In this document: piece after piece, positions 18,749 through 28,771 of the stretch
Numbering within the stretch: the first letter of the stretch is position 1
Layout of the letters: every line of letters starts with the position of its first letter
Source of the DNA: Bacteroidales bacterium
Lineage (GTDB): Bacteria; Bacteroidota; Bacteroidia; Bacteroidales; FEN-979
Reading direction: 5' to 3'
Assembly: GCA_025355465.1 (NCBI GenBank)
Contig: JANXZO010000046.1
Span: forward strand, 666-64,665
Length of the DNA: 64,000 bases
The notes under the pieces: model-generated
The model's database searches: none
Seen by the model: only the letters and a program-made list of their open reading frames with translations
What the model was told of the DNA's origin: nothing
Program-made: the position numbers and the translations under genes

Positions 18749-20296
18749 ATGGTAAAACTGACGATTGATCACATCCCCGTTGAAGTTCCTGAAGGCACCA
18801 CCCTGATGGAGGCTGCCGCACAACTGGGTATTCAGGTCCCGTCGATGTGTTACCTGCCGGGTCACCATTGTCACCCCTCCTGTATGGTTTGTCTGGTGAA
18901 AGACGTAGCCACTAACCGGCTGGTCACTTCCTGTGCCTACCCGGCTACGGAAGGAATGAATATCATCACCCACTCACCGGAAGTGCGTGAAGCCCGTCGC
19001 AAAGCGCTGGAACTCCTCCTCAGCGACCATGTAGGCGACTGCGAAGCCCCATGCCGTCTCTCCTGCCCGGCCGGTATGAACATTCCGCTGATGAACCGGC
19101 TGATCGCCGATGGAAGGTTTGATGAAGCGCTTGTCGTTGTACGCGAAGAGATCGCCCTGCCGCTGATCCTTGGCTATATCTGTCCGGCTCCCTGCGAAAA
19201 GGCCTGCCGTCGCAAACCGCTGGAGGGCGCCGTATCCATCTGTCTGCTGAAAAGGATCACGGCGCAGGATGAAAAAAGACGAAATGAAGAGACGGGAATC
19301 CATCGCGTGATGAATGGCAAGAAGGTAGCCGTGATCGGTACCGGGCCTGCCGGACTGTCGGCTGCTTTCTACCTGCTCAGATCGGGCCACGAGGTGGTGC
19401 TCTTCGACAAAAATGAACTCCCCGGAGGTATGCTCCGGTACAGCATCCCCGAAGAGAAACTCCCCCGTACTGCGCTGGATGCCGAGATCGCTGTGATCCG
19501 CGGGATGGGAGCTGTCTTCAGGATGAACAACCAGATTACGCAGGAAATTTTAGAAGCGGAGGCAGAAGGGCATTTTGATGCGGTGATCCTGGCTACCGGG
19601 AGCGCCTCTCAGCAAGAATCACTTAAAAGCATGGTCGGCCTGCCTGCGGTTTTCGCCTGCGGAAACATTCTCCGCGACCAGCCATTGGCTGTACGTTCGG
19701 CGGCCCAGGGCAGGATGGCTGCGTGGGAGGCTGAGACCTATCTGCAGACCCGGCATTTCAAACTGCACCCACCAAATTTCAATTCGGCGTTTGGAGTACT
19801 GAGAGAAAGTGAACTCGGAGAGTATATAAAAGAGAGTCTCCCTGGTGCAAGAACCTCGCCAGTTGCAGGTTATACTGGTGGTTTCACCCCGGCCGAAGCG
19901 ATCCTGGAGGCACGCCGTTGCATGCATTGCGACTGCCGCAAACCGGTTACCTGCAAACTCCGTATCTACGCTGCCGAATACCAGGCAAACCGCAAACGGT
20001 ACGCAGCTTCTGAACGGAAACAGCTGACCAGAAATTTTCAACACGACCTCGTTGTTTATGAATCCGAAAAGTGCATACGCTGCGGCCTCTGTGTTGAGAT
20101 CACCCGGCGCGAAGGGGAGGCGCTGGGTCTTACGTATGTGGGCCGGGGATTTGATGTGAGAATCGTGGTCCCATTTAATGAAACGATGACCAATGCCCTG
20201 TTAAAGACTGCCCGGCGCTGTGCGGAGGCTTGTCCGACGGGGGCACTGGCCGATAAGAGTGACAGGGTCACAGCGAAAGAGGGCAAGAGGGATTGA
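18749..20296 (+). CDS. Fe-S flavoprotein: NuoG-type 2Fe-2S, GltD-like FAD domain and 2x4Fe-4S (StnC/SfrB-like, shortened)
   Basis: PSMC..SCMVC..TSC; DCEAPCRLSCP; GYICPAPCEKAC; VIGTGPAG; EARRCMHCDC; CIRCGLC..CAEACPTGAL. Confidence 0.85.
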   Translation: MVKLTIDHIPVEVPEGTTLMEAAAQLGIQVPSMCYLPGHHCHPSCMVCLVKDVATNRLVTSCAYPATEGMNIITHSPEVREARRKALELLLSDHVGDCEAPCRLSCPAGMNIPLMNRLIADGRFDEALVVVREEIALPLILGYICPAPCEKACRRKPLEGAVSICLLKRITAQDEKRRNEETGIHRVMNGKKVAVIGTGPAGLSAAFYLLRSGHEVVLFDKNELPGGMLRYSIPEEKLPRTALDAEIAVIRGMGAVFRMNNQITQEILEAEAEGHFDAVILATGSASQQESLKSMVGLPAVFACGNILRDQPLAVRSAAQGRMAAWEAETYLQTRHFKLHPPNFNSAFGVLRESELGEYIKESLPGARTSPVAGYTGGFTPAEAILEARRCMHCDCRKPVTCKLRIYAAEYQANRKRYAASERKQLTRNFQHDLVVYESEKCIRCGLCVEITRREGEALGLTYVGRGFDVRIVVPFNETMTNALLKTARRCAEACPTGALADKSDRVTAKEGKRD

Positions 20297-20318
20297 GGGT
20301 GTGAGGGAAAGAGTAAAT
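20257..20318 (+). repeat. Imperfect 8-bp tandem repeat spanning a stop codon
   Basis: GAGGGCAA GAGGGATT GAGGGTGT GAGGGAAA GAGTAAAT (20279-20318), preceded by GAGTGACA GGGTCACA. Confidence 0.65.
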
Positions 20319-20377
20319 ATTTTACCATTTTACATTTGACTGAATACATAAAAATACATGAATCTAAAAAATCCGAT

Positions 20378-21496
20378 GTGAAAAGGATATTGTTTTTAAC
20401 ATTGATTTTTTTGATTGCGGTTGGTTCTGCCTTTACCCAGCCGATTAGCGCCTCCTGCTGGCCTCAGTTTCGCGGAGATCCGCAGCTCTCGGGGAGTTCG
20501 CCGGCGGCAGTGAAACCTCCATACCGGTTGCTCTGGACCTTCAAGGCGGGTGATGCGATCAAATCGTCGCCGGTGATCAGCGATGGTGTGATCTATTTCG
20601 GTTGTGATGATGGATTCATTTACGCGCTGGGTTCCGGCGGTGAAGTGAAGTGGAAATTCAATGCGGGCACTTCCATCGAAGCAGCACCGCTGCTGCTGAA
20701 ACATACGGTTTTTGTCGGGTCAACGGAGGGGGTGTTGTTCGCCATTGATGCAGCCACCGGAGCATTGAGATGGAAATATGTAACCGACGGACAGATCTCC
20801 GGTTCACCGAACTGGGTAGCCGGCCCGGATAAACGGCAGGCGCGAATTCTTACCGGTAGTTATGATTTCAATCTGCATTGTGTGGAGGCTGAAACCGGCA
20901 CGGGCCTTTGGAAATTTGAATCGGGGAACTATATCAACGGATCACCCGCCTTGTTTGGCAAACTGGCCATCTTTGGCGGATGCGACGGTTTCCTGCATAT
21001 GGTCAATACGGAGAACGGAAAACCGGTAAGCCAGATCGATGTCGGAACCTATGTTCCCGCTTCAGCCGCGATATCAGGAAACAAAGCATATTTCGGAAAT
21101 TACGACGGAGCGTTTTTCTGCGTGGATATCCGGGCGCAGAAAACGCTTTGGAAAACCGAAGGCGGAGGCCCTTTTCTGGCTTCGCCGGCAGTAGCCAAAG
21201 GCAAGGTGATCAGCGGGGCACAGAACAAATATCTTTATTGCTTCAATGCTGAAAATGGAGTGCTCCTCTGGAAATTCAAAGCCCTGGGCAAGGTGGACGC
21301 TTCGCCTGTGGTTGCCGGAAACCTGGTTGTAGCCGCCTCTGGCGACGGCCGGCTGCATGTGCTGGAGATCGGAACGGGTAACGAGATCTGGAGTTATGAA
21401 ACCGGCAGCGCCATATTTACCACCCCGGCCGTGACTTCAAAAATGATCGTTGTGGGGGCCGCCGACGGCACCCTTTACGCTTTCGGGCCAAAATAA
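20378..21496 (+). CDS. BamB/AfsK-like PQQ-repeat beta-propeller protein 6
   Basis: Signal peptide from GTG 20378, WPQFRGD, and regular SSP-x-V...G-x-LYA repeats. Confidence 0.85.
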   Translation: MKRILFLTLIFLIAVGSAFTQPISASCWPQFRGDPQLSGSSPAAVKPPYRLLWTFKAGDAIKSSPVISDGVIYFGCDDGFIYALGSGGEVKWKFNAGTSIEAAPLLLKHTVFVGSTEGVLFAIDAATGALRWKYVTDGQISGSPNWVAGPDKRQARILTGSYDFNLHCVEAETGTGLWKFESGNYINGSPALFGKLAIFGGCDGFLHMVNTENGKPVSQIDVGTYVPASAAISGNKAYFGNYDGAFFCVDIRAQKTLWKTEGGGPFLASPAVAKGKVISGAQNKYLYCFNAENGVLLWKFKALGKVDASPVVAGNLVVAASGDGRLHVLEIGTGNEIWSYETGSAIFTTPAVTSKMIVVGAADGTLYAFGPK

Positions 21497-22792
21497 ATGA
21501 AGATGAAAATTGTCAATATTGTTCCGGGATTCGGCGGGACCTTTTATTGTGGAAACTGCCTTCGCGACAGCGCCTACGTGGCATCCCTCCGCGAGGCCGG
21601 ACACGATGCCGTAACCCTCCCGATGTACCTCCCGCTTACGATGCTCCACGAGCCGGGAGAGCAGGAGGTTCCGGTGTTTTACGGCGCCGTGGGGATCTAT
21701 CTGCGGCAGTTTCCGGTGTTAAGAAATATGCCGGGATGGCTGGAACAACTTGTCAACAGCCGTCCCATGCTCAAATATGCCGCAAAAAAGGCCGGCTCCA
21801 CGCGCGCCCACGGGATGGAGAAACTGACCGAATCGATGCTCCTGGGAAGCGAAGGACTTCAGCATCACGAACTTCAGCAGCTTGTCGATTTCCTGAAATA
21901 CAACCTGAAACCCGATGTGGTTCACTTTTCAAATGCCCTCCTTCTCGGAATGGCACGTCAGATCCGCGAAGAGGTGGGAGTGCCCGTCGTGTTCTCGCTG
22001 CAGGATGAAGATGTATGGGTGGATGCCATGGATATAAGCTACCGGGAAAAGATCTGGAAAATGATGTCTGATAAGGTGGCCGATGTGGATGCCTTTATTG
22101 CCGTGAGCGAATGGTTTGCACGGGAGATGCAGCACCGGATGAAGATCCCCGACGAAAAGCTGCATGTGGTCCACATCGGTGTGAACCCCGGTAAATATAA
22201 GATCCGGAAGCCGCAGAACAATCCGCTTGCCGTCGGCTACCTCTCGAGGATCAACCAAGAGAACGGGTTTGAGGTGCTGGTTGATGCCTTCATCCTGCTG
22301 AAAACGGATCCCCGGTTCAAAGAATTAAAACTTCGTGCCACCGGAGGTATGACAGCCGACGACAAACCATTCCTGCGAAGGCAGATTGCAAAACTGGAAA
22401 CGGCCGGTATCTCAGGCGACCTTGAGGTTCTTTATGACTATGAAAATGTGGATCCGGATGATTTCTTCGCTTCCGTCTCGCTGATCTCGGTACCGGTTTT
22501 GAAGGGCGAAGCTTTCGGACTTTACCAGGCAGAGGCACTGGCGTCGGGCATCCCCCTCGTTCAGCCCGCCCTCGGAGCCTTTCCCGAGATCATCAGCACC
22601 TCAGGCGGCGGCGTGATCTATCAGCCCAATACCGCAAAGGCGCTGGCAGAAAAACTGGCAGAAGTGCTGGCGGATTACCCCGGGTTGGAAGCAATGGGAG
22701 CCAGGGGCCGGAAATCCGTTGAGGAGCATTTCGACTGCCGGAAGATGACTGCGAAGATGGTGGAGATCTATCAGATGGTGAGAACGAGATAA
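21497..22792 (+). CDS. Glycosyltransferase family 4 (GT-B) with an N-terminal CxxC
   Basis: EAFGLYQAEALASGIP is the GT4 E-x7-E motif; FYCGNCLRD lies at the N-terminus. Confidence 0.88.
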   Translation: MKMKIVNIVPGFGGTFYCGNCLRDSAYVASLREAGHDAVTLPMYLPLTMLHEPGEQEVPVFYGAVGIYLRQFPVLRNMPGWLEQLVNSRPMLKYAAKKAGSTRAHGMEKLTESMLLGSEGLQHHELQQLVDFLKYNLKPDVVHFSNALLLGMARQIREEVGVPVVFSLQDEDVWVDAMDISYREKIWKMMSDKVADVDAFIAVSEWFAREMQHRMKIPDEKLHVVHIGVNPGKYKIRKPQNNPLAVGYLSRINQENGFEVLVDAFILLKTDPRFKELKLRATGGMTADDKPFLRRQIAKLETAGISGDLEVLYDYENVDPDDFFASVSLISVPVLKGEAFGLYQAEALASGIPLVQPALGAFPEIISTSGGGVIYQPNTAKALAEKLAEVLADYPGLEAMGARGRKSVEEHFDCRKMTAKMVEIYQMVRTR

Positions 22793-22811
22793 GAAGTTAA
22801 AATGAGATGTT

Positions 22812-23513
22812 ATGCTGGCGGAACTTAAAGATATTTACAAAAGCTACGAAACAAACTCACGGTTGCAGGGGGAGGACCGGCAGCGGAGCCTCGTTCTCGA
22901 TGGGTTGTCGCTGCAGATTCCGGTTGCCGGATCCATCGCCATTGTGGGGCCTTCGGGTTCGGGAAAAAGTACTTTGCTGAATATTCTGGGAACACTCGAC
23001 CGGCCCACATCGGGAGCTGTGATCCTTAACGGAAAAAATATCTCAGATCTGGCAGAGGATGAACTCCCGACAATCCGGAACTCCTTTATCGGATTCGTTT
23101 TCCAGCTGCACCACCTGCTTCCCCAGCTCACTTTGCTGGAAAATGTTCTGCTTCCGGTGTTGCCGCAAAACAATAAACTGGTGATGAAGCAGGCAACGGA
23201 ACGGGCTATCGGACTGCTCGAAAGGGTCGGACTGAAGGAGCATCTGACCAGGCATCCTTACCAGCTTTCGGTTGGTGAGTGTCAGCGGACGGCGCTCGTT
23301 CGGGCGCTGATCAACCGTCCGAAATTGTTGCTGGCCGACGAGCCAACCGGGTCGCTGGATGCAAATAACGCCACACTGCTCGGGGAACTTATGTCAAGCC
23401 TGGGAAAAGAGCAGGAATCTGCGGTGGTTGTGGTAACACACGCTTCGGAGCTGGCTGCAAGGATGGACGAAACCTACCGGCTGACCGGTGGAAAACTAAA
23501 CCGTATCCCCTGA
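22812..23513 (+). CDS. ABC transporter ATP-binding protein (LolD/MacB type)
   Basis: GPSGSGKST, LSVGECQR, LLADEPTGSLD, VVTH. Confidence 0.93.
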   Translation: MLAELKDIYKSYETNSRLQGEDRQRSLVLDGLSLQIPVAGSIAIVGPSGSGKSTLLNILGTLDRPTSGAVILNGKNISDLAEDELPTIRNSFIGFVFQLHHLLPQLTLLENVLLPVLPQNNKLVMKQATERAIGLLERVGLKEHLTRHPYQLSVGECQRTALVRALINRPKLLLADEPTGSLDANNATLLGELMSSLGKEQESAVVVVTHASELAARMDETYRLTGGKLNRIP

Positions 23514-23514
23514 G

Positions 23515-26500
23515 ATGAATTACTGGCGGCTGATCTCCCGGAATCTTGCATACTACCGCCGGCCATACCTTGCGGTGCTGGCTGGCGTGGTTGTAAGTAC
23601 AGCCGTTCTTACAGGAGCGCTCATGGTAGGCGATTCGGTTCGTTACAGTCTGGAAAGGATGACCGATCAGCGGCTTGGAAAAACACGGGTTGCCGTAGTC
23701 CCCGGAGAACGGCTTTTCCGGCAGATGCTAGCGGCGGATATTTCCCGGAACGCCGGCGTCATCGCGGTGCCCATCCTGAAAACCAATGGCATCGCCGTAT
23801 GTGAAGAAAAAGGTACCCGGATCAACCGAGTTGAGATCATCGGGGTGAGTGACCCGTTCAAAGAATTATGGGAGGAGCGTATCCTCATCCCGGGTGAAAA
23901 TGAGGTGGTACTCAGCCAAAATGCAGCTGCCCGGTTGATGGTCTCTGTAAATGATGAGGTCCTGATACGGATAACCCCAGTTGAAAAGGCATCTCCCAAT
24001 GCTCCTTTTGTTCCCGACCGGGCCGACCCGGTGGCCTTACGTTTGAGGGTAATTGCCATCGCCGGCGACGATAATGGTGGCAGGTTCAGTTTAAAAAGCG
24101 AGCAGTCCGCACCCCTCAATTTTTTCGTAAACCTTCACCAGCTTTCAGCCCGGCTCAAACTTGCCGGTATGGCAAACGCAATATTGGCGACAGGCAACAA
24201 CGAAGGAACACTGACCCCGGCAGAACTCGACAGCCTGACCGGCCAGAATTGGCAGATGGCAGATGCCGGCCTGAAGATCAGTGCGCTTGATCAGCCGGAT
24301 ACCTGGGATGTCACTTCCGGCCGGATCTTCCTCAGCCCGGAACAGTCGCGGGCCATCGCCGCGGCCATTCCCAATGCCACTCAGGTTCTCACCTACATGG
24401 TGAATTCCATCTCCGATGGAGTGCTCTCAACGCCTTACTCCTTTGTAACAGCAGCCGATTCATCCATGCTTCACCTCCAGCCGGGTCCCCGTGAGATCCT
24501 TATCAACCGCTGGCTGGCCGGGGACCTGGATGCGGTTCCCGGAGATATGGTTAATCTAACCTATTGGGTGATGGGGCCAATGCGTTCTTTGAAGGAGGAG
24601 AGCGCCAGGTTTTTCGTCAAGGCCATCGTGCCGGTTGATGCGGTTTCGTCAGGCCGAAGGCTGATGCCCGATTTCCCGGGAATGTCGGGGGCCGGAAACT
24701 GCCGCGACTGGGAAACCGGCTCCCCGGTGGATCTCTCCCGGATCCGCAAACAGGATGAAGATTACTGGAAAGATTACAGAGGAACCCCCAAGGCGTTCAT
24801 CAGCCTGAACACAGGACAAAAACTCTGGGCCAATGCTTTCGGAAATGTCACAGCCTTCAGGTTCAGGGCTGCCGGAACAGAATTGCCGAAGCTGAGCCGG
24901 GCGGTAATGCATCAGCTTCATCCGCTGCAAAACGGATTGGTATTCCGGCCGGTTTACGAGGAGGGGAGAGCGGCCGCAGGTCATCCCACCGACTTCGGAC
25001 AGCTTTTTCTCGGACTTAGTTTTTTCATCCTTGCTGCTGCCCTGCTCCTCACAGCCCTGCTCTTTTCGCTGCATATCTCCGGCCGCATTTCCGAAGCCGG
25101 GGTTCTGGCAGCTACCGGTTTCAGCCGGTCGCTCATATACCGCCTGCTGATGGGGGAAGCACTCCTTGTGGCGCTGGCCGGAACCATTCTGGGAGCCTTG
25201 TCCGGGATCCCCTGCAATGCCCTTTTGCTGGCCGGGCTGAACACCCTCTGGTCAGGTGCCGTGCAGACCTCCTCGCTGGTGGCCTGTATCCGCATGCCGA
25301 CACTTGTTACAGGCGCCCTGGCCGGACTCATCACGGCCATCCTTGTGATGATGCTTGCCCTTCGGCGGAAACTAAGGTTGCCAATTGCCTTGCTTGTTAA
25401 AGGGGCCCACCAACCGTCCCGGAAAACGGGTCTTCACCGGCCGCGCAACATCGCAGCCGTTGCCCTCCTGGCGCTGGGAACTTTCGCTGTTGTGGTTACA
25501 GGGGCCAACCGGAAGGGTGAGAACAGCGAAACCGGCAGGAGTTCGGGAACAGGCGGTTTCCTGCTCTGGGCCGAATCCACCCTTCCCGTGCTGAAAGATC
25601 TGAATTCCGTTGAGGGGAAGAAGAGCCTCTCACTGGAGGATGAACCGGTCCTGAAGGGGGTCACCTTTATTCCGCTGCAGCGGCTGGAGGGTGATGATGC
25701 CAGCTGTCTCAACCTCAACAGGGTGTCAGATCCGCCGCTGCTGGCTGTTCCCGCTACCCTTTTTGATTCGCTGGGTTCATTCACGTTCAATGCCCTGGCA
25801 CGCGATGTCGACCCGGCTCACCCCTGGAGGACGCTGACTCAAAACGACACTCCGGTAGTCAATGGGTTTGCTGATATGACCGTCATCACGTGGGGTTTGC
25901 AGAAACAGATCGGGGATACGCTCCGGTATACTGATGAGAGGGGAAACAAGGTGCTCGTGAGGTTGGCGGGCGGACTGGACAACTCCCTTTTCCAGGGTAA
26001 TGTCCTGATCTCCGATGTCCGGTTCCGTCAGCTCTTCCCTTCCGTGGCCGGGTCGCGGTTGATGCTGGTGGAAGGACCTGCACCGAAACGTGATTCCATC
26101 GCTTCAAGACTCGAAGCGCTCCTGCGCGATTACGGGATGCTGGCCGTTCCTGCGGCAGAAAAGCTGGCATCGTTCAACGCGGTAGAAAATACTTATCTCA
26201 CCGTCTTTATGATGCTCGGCGGACTCGGAATGATCATCGGTACCATCGGCCTGGGGATCATCCTCTGGCGCAATACCCGTGAACGGATGGCAGAATTTGC
26301 CCTGCTGAGGGCACTCGGACATCCGAAGCGGCGGATTATGAGAAGGCTGGTCAGGGAATACCTGCACATCCTGATGGCCGGGACCGGGTTAGGTTTCGGC
26401 GGTGCATTGCTGGTGTTGCTCCCGAACTTTTTCATTCCGGGATACCACTTTCCCTTTGTGTGGGTATCAGCCATACTCCTCCTCATCCTGGGTTCCGGTT

Positions 26501-26571
26501 TTGCCTGGATTTGGGCTGCAGCTGAAAAATCGATGCGGCGGGAGATTGTTACCGACTTACGCGAGGAGTAA
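23515..26571 (+). CDS. Large FtsX/MacB-type ABC permease with duplicated periplasmic domains
   Basis: Two FtsX-like TM blocks (RISEAGVLAATGF; ERMAEFALLRALG) and two large extracytoplasmic domains; directly follows the ATPase. Confidence 0.88.
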   Translation: MNYWRLISRNLAYYRRPYLAVLAGVVVSTAVLTGALMVGDSVRYSLERMTDQRLGKTRVAVVPGERLFRQMLAADISRNAGVIAVPILKTNGIAVCEEKGTRINRVEIIGVSDPFKELWEERILIPGENEVVLSQNAAARLMVSVNDEVLIRITPVEKASPNAPFVPDRADPVALRLRVIAIAGDDNGGRFSLKSEQSAPLNFFVNLHQLSARLKLAGMANAILATGNNEGTLTPAELDSLTGQNWQMADAGLKISALDQPDTWDVTSGRIFLSPEQSRAIAAAIPNATQVLTYMVNSISDGVLSTPYSFVTAADSSMLHLQPGPREILINRWLAGDLDAVPGDMVNLTYWVMGPMRSLKEESARFFVKAIVPVDAVSSGRRLMPDFPGMSGAGNCRDWETGSPVDLSRIRKQDEDYWKDYRGTPKAFISLNTGQKLWANAFGNVTAFRFRAAGTELPKLSRAVMHQLHPLQNGLVFRPVYEEGRAAAGHPTDFGQLFLGLSFFILAAALLLTALLFSLHISGRISEAGVLAATGFSRSLIYRLLMGEALLVALAGTILGALSGIPCNALLLAGLNTLWSGAVQTSSLVACIRMPTLVTGALAGLITAILVMMLALRRKLRLPIALLVKGAHQPSRKTGLHRPRNIAAVALLALGTFAVVVTGANRKGENSETGRSSGTGGFLLWAESTLPVLKDLNSVEGKKSLSLEDEPVLKGVTFIPLQRLEGDDASCLNLNRVSDPPLLAVPATLFDSLGSFTFNALARDVDPAHPWRTLTQNDTPVVNGFADMTVITWGLQKQIGDTLRYTDERGNKVLVRLAGGLDNSLFQGNVLISDVRFRQLFPSVAGSRLMLVEGPAPKRDSIASRLEALLRDYGMLAVPAAEKLASFNAVENTYLTVFMMLGGLGMIIGTIGLGIILWRNTRERMAEFALLRALGHPKRRIMRRLVREYLHILMAGTGLGFGGALLVLLPNFFIPGYHFPFVWVSAILLLILGSGFAWIWAAAEKSMRREIVTDLREE

Positions 26572-26576
26572 AAAGG

Positions 26577-28658
26577 TTACTTGTTTGCGTCGGCCCTTTT
26601 CTTCTCTTCCACTTTTTTGATCACCTCGTCCTGCAGGTTTTTGGGCAGCGGGGTGTATTTGTAGAACTCCATGGAGTAGTTGGCGCGACCGCTTGAAATA
26701 TTACGGAGCTGCGTGGCATATCCGAACATCTCCATCAGCGGAACAAACGCATTTACTTTTTGTGATCCCTTACGGTAACGGCGCATTGCTTCGATCTTGC
26801 CGCGACGGCGGTTGAGGTTGCCCACCACTTCACCGATATATTCGTCGGGGGTGTTTACCTCAACCTTCATCATGGGTTCGAGAAGGATCGGGTCGGCTTT
26901 CATGAAACCATGTTTGAAACCGATGGAGGCGCAGGTCTGGAATGCCATGTCGGAGCTGTCGACGGGATGGAAACTGCCGTCGAGCAGAACGACTTTCACA
27001 TCCACTACCGGATAACCAGCCAGGATGCCCCGTTCGAGGGTCTTCAGAATTCCCTTGTTTACCGAAGGGATATATTCGGCCGGGATGTTCCCGCCTTTGA
27101 TCTTCTCGATGAATTCGTAACCGTTGCCGGAGTTGGGCTCGAGCCGCATCAGCACGTGGGCGAACTGACCCTTGCCACCGGTCTGCTTGGAGTGTTTGTA
27201 ATTGGACTCCACCTCGGTGGTGATGGTTTCGCGGTATGCCACGGAGGGTTCTCCCACGATGGCGTCGACCTTGAATTCGGTCTTGAGGCGGTCGACAATG
27301 ATTTCAAGATGAAGTTCGCCCATCCCGGAGATTACAGTCTCTTCGGTCTCCTCGTCAAATCTGACGTTAAAGGAGGGGTCTTCCATGGCCAGTTTGTGGA
27401 GTGCTTCACCAAGTTTCGTCATCTCGGCACGTTTGGCCGGATTGATCTTGAGCTCAATAACACTGGGCGGAACGTGGATCGACTCCAGCAACATACGGTG
27501 TTCGTCGGAACAAAGCGTATCGCCGGTCTTGGTCACCTTCATCCCGATCAGTGCCACGATGTCGCCCGGACCAGCTTCGGAAATCTCCTCCCGGTCTTTG
27601 GCATGGATGCGGAAGATGCGGCCCACCCGTTCGTGCTTGCCTTTGCTGGCGTTGAATACCTGCATTCCGCTCTTCAGGGTTCCGGAGAAAATACGGGTAA
27701 ATGTTTGTTGTCCTACAAAGGGGTCGTGAATAAGTTTGAAAGCCAGGGCGGAGAAGGGTTCTTTATGGGAAGGATGACAGGTATGAAGTTTCTCGGGGTT
27801 GTCGAGGTCGGTACCGGTCACGGCACCTACATCAATAGGAGAGGGGAGGTAATCCACCACCGAATCAAGCAGCATGTGAACACCCTTGTTTTTGTAGGCG
27901 GCACCACAAAATACCGGTGTGATCAGCAGTTTGAGGGTGGCATCACGGAGTGCTTTTTGTATCAGTTCGGGCGAAACCTCTTTCTCCTCCATGAAGTGCT
28001 CCATGATCTCATCGTTGAATTCAGCCAGTTTTTCAACCGCCCAGGCACGCGCCTCTTCAGTTTTCTGTATATAGTCTGCCGGGATGGGGATCTCAACCTG
28101 TTCCAGGTCGCGGAAGCTGTAGGCTTTTTTGTATATGATGTCGATGATTCCTTCAAAATGCTCCTCGGCCCCGATGGGGATCTGGAATGGCACTGCGTTG
28201 GCATCCAGGTATTTGTTCATCTGGGAAACCACAGCCGGGAAGTCTGCGCCGGTCCGGTCCATCTTGTTGATGAAAGCAAAACGGGGTACACGGTAACGGT
28301 CGGCCTGGTTCCAAACGGTTTCACTCTGGGGTTCAACACCTCCTACCGCACAGAAAACGGCAACCATCCCGTCGATGACGCGCAGAGAGCGTTCCACTTC
28401 AATGGTGAAGTCGACGTGTCCGGGGGTGTCGATAAGGTTGATCTGGTGATCTTTCCAGGCGCAGCTGATGGCGGCCGACGCGATGGTGATCCCGCGCTCC
28501 TGCTCCTGTTTCATGAAGTCCATGGTGGCAGCTCCGTCGTGCACTTCACCCATTTTTCGGTTGGTTCCCGTAAAGAAAAGAATGCGTTCCGTAACCGTGG
28601 TTTTGCCGGCGTCGATATGGGCGGCAATCCCGATATTTCTCAATTTGTTTAATGGCAT
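26577..28658 (-). CDS. fusA: Elongation factor G paralogue (intact GTPase motifs, outside the str operon)
   Basis: [49 protein letters not shown] box at 28688-28681. Confidence 0.93.
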   Translation of the reverse strand: MPLNKLRNIGIAAHIDAGKTTVTERILFFTGTNRKMGEVHDGAATMDFMKQEQERGITIASAAISCAWKDHQINLIDTPGHVDFTIEVERSLRVIDGMVAVFCAVGGVEPQSETVWNQADRYRVPRFAFINKMDRTGADFPAVVSQMNKYLDANAVPFQIPIGAEEHFEGIIDIIYKKAYSFRDLEQVEIPIPADYIQKTEEARAWAVEKLAEFNDEIMEHFMEEKEVSPELIQKALRDATLKLLITPVFCGAAYKNKGVHMLLDSVVDYLPSPIDVGAVTGTDLDNPEKLHTCHPSHKEPFSALAFKLIHDPFVGQQTFTRIFSGTLKSGMQVFNASKGKHERVGRIFRIHAKDREEISEAGPGDIVALIGMKVTKTGDTLCSDEHRMLLESIHVPPSVIELKINPAKRAEMTKLGEALHKLAMEDPSFNVRFDEETEETVISGMGELHLEIIVDRLKTEFKVDAIVGEPSVAYRETITTEVESNYKHSKQTGGKGQFAHVLMRLEPNSGNGYEFIEKIKGGNIPAEYIPSVNKGILKTLERGILAGYPVVDVKVVLLDGSFHPVDSSDMAFQTCASIGFKHGFMKADPILLEPMMKVEVNTPDEYIGEVVGNLNRRRGKIEAMRRYRKGSQKVNAFVPLMEMFGYATQLRNISSGRANYSMEFYKYTPLPKNLQDEVIKKVEEKKRADANK

Positions 28659-28771
28659 GATAGGTCTATTTTTGGGGGTGCAAAGGTACAATAATTTTCT
28701 GATTTACAGTACAGAGACGAATATTAAATTTGAGTTAAATCAGGTAAAGTAAGGAAGGAGGCGTGTTTGCG

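Noticed and set aside
16390-20296. Calling this a [FeFe]-hydrogenase, complex I or glutamate synthase
   Set aside because: There are no H-cluster motifs, no nuo membrane subunits and no gltB in the window.
4596-21496. Calling the propellers PQQ-dependent dehydrogenases or BamB
   Set aside because: Only the fold repeat is evident. I could not identify quinoprotein catalytic residues, pqq genes or a bam context.
26910-28652. 580-aa plus-strand ORF
   Set aside because: It mirrors the EF-G gene on the opposite strand, a common codon-bias artefact.
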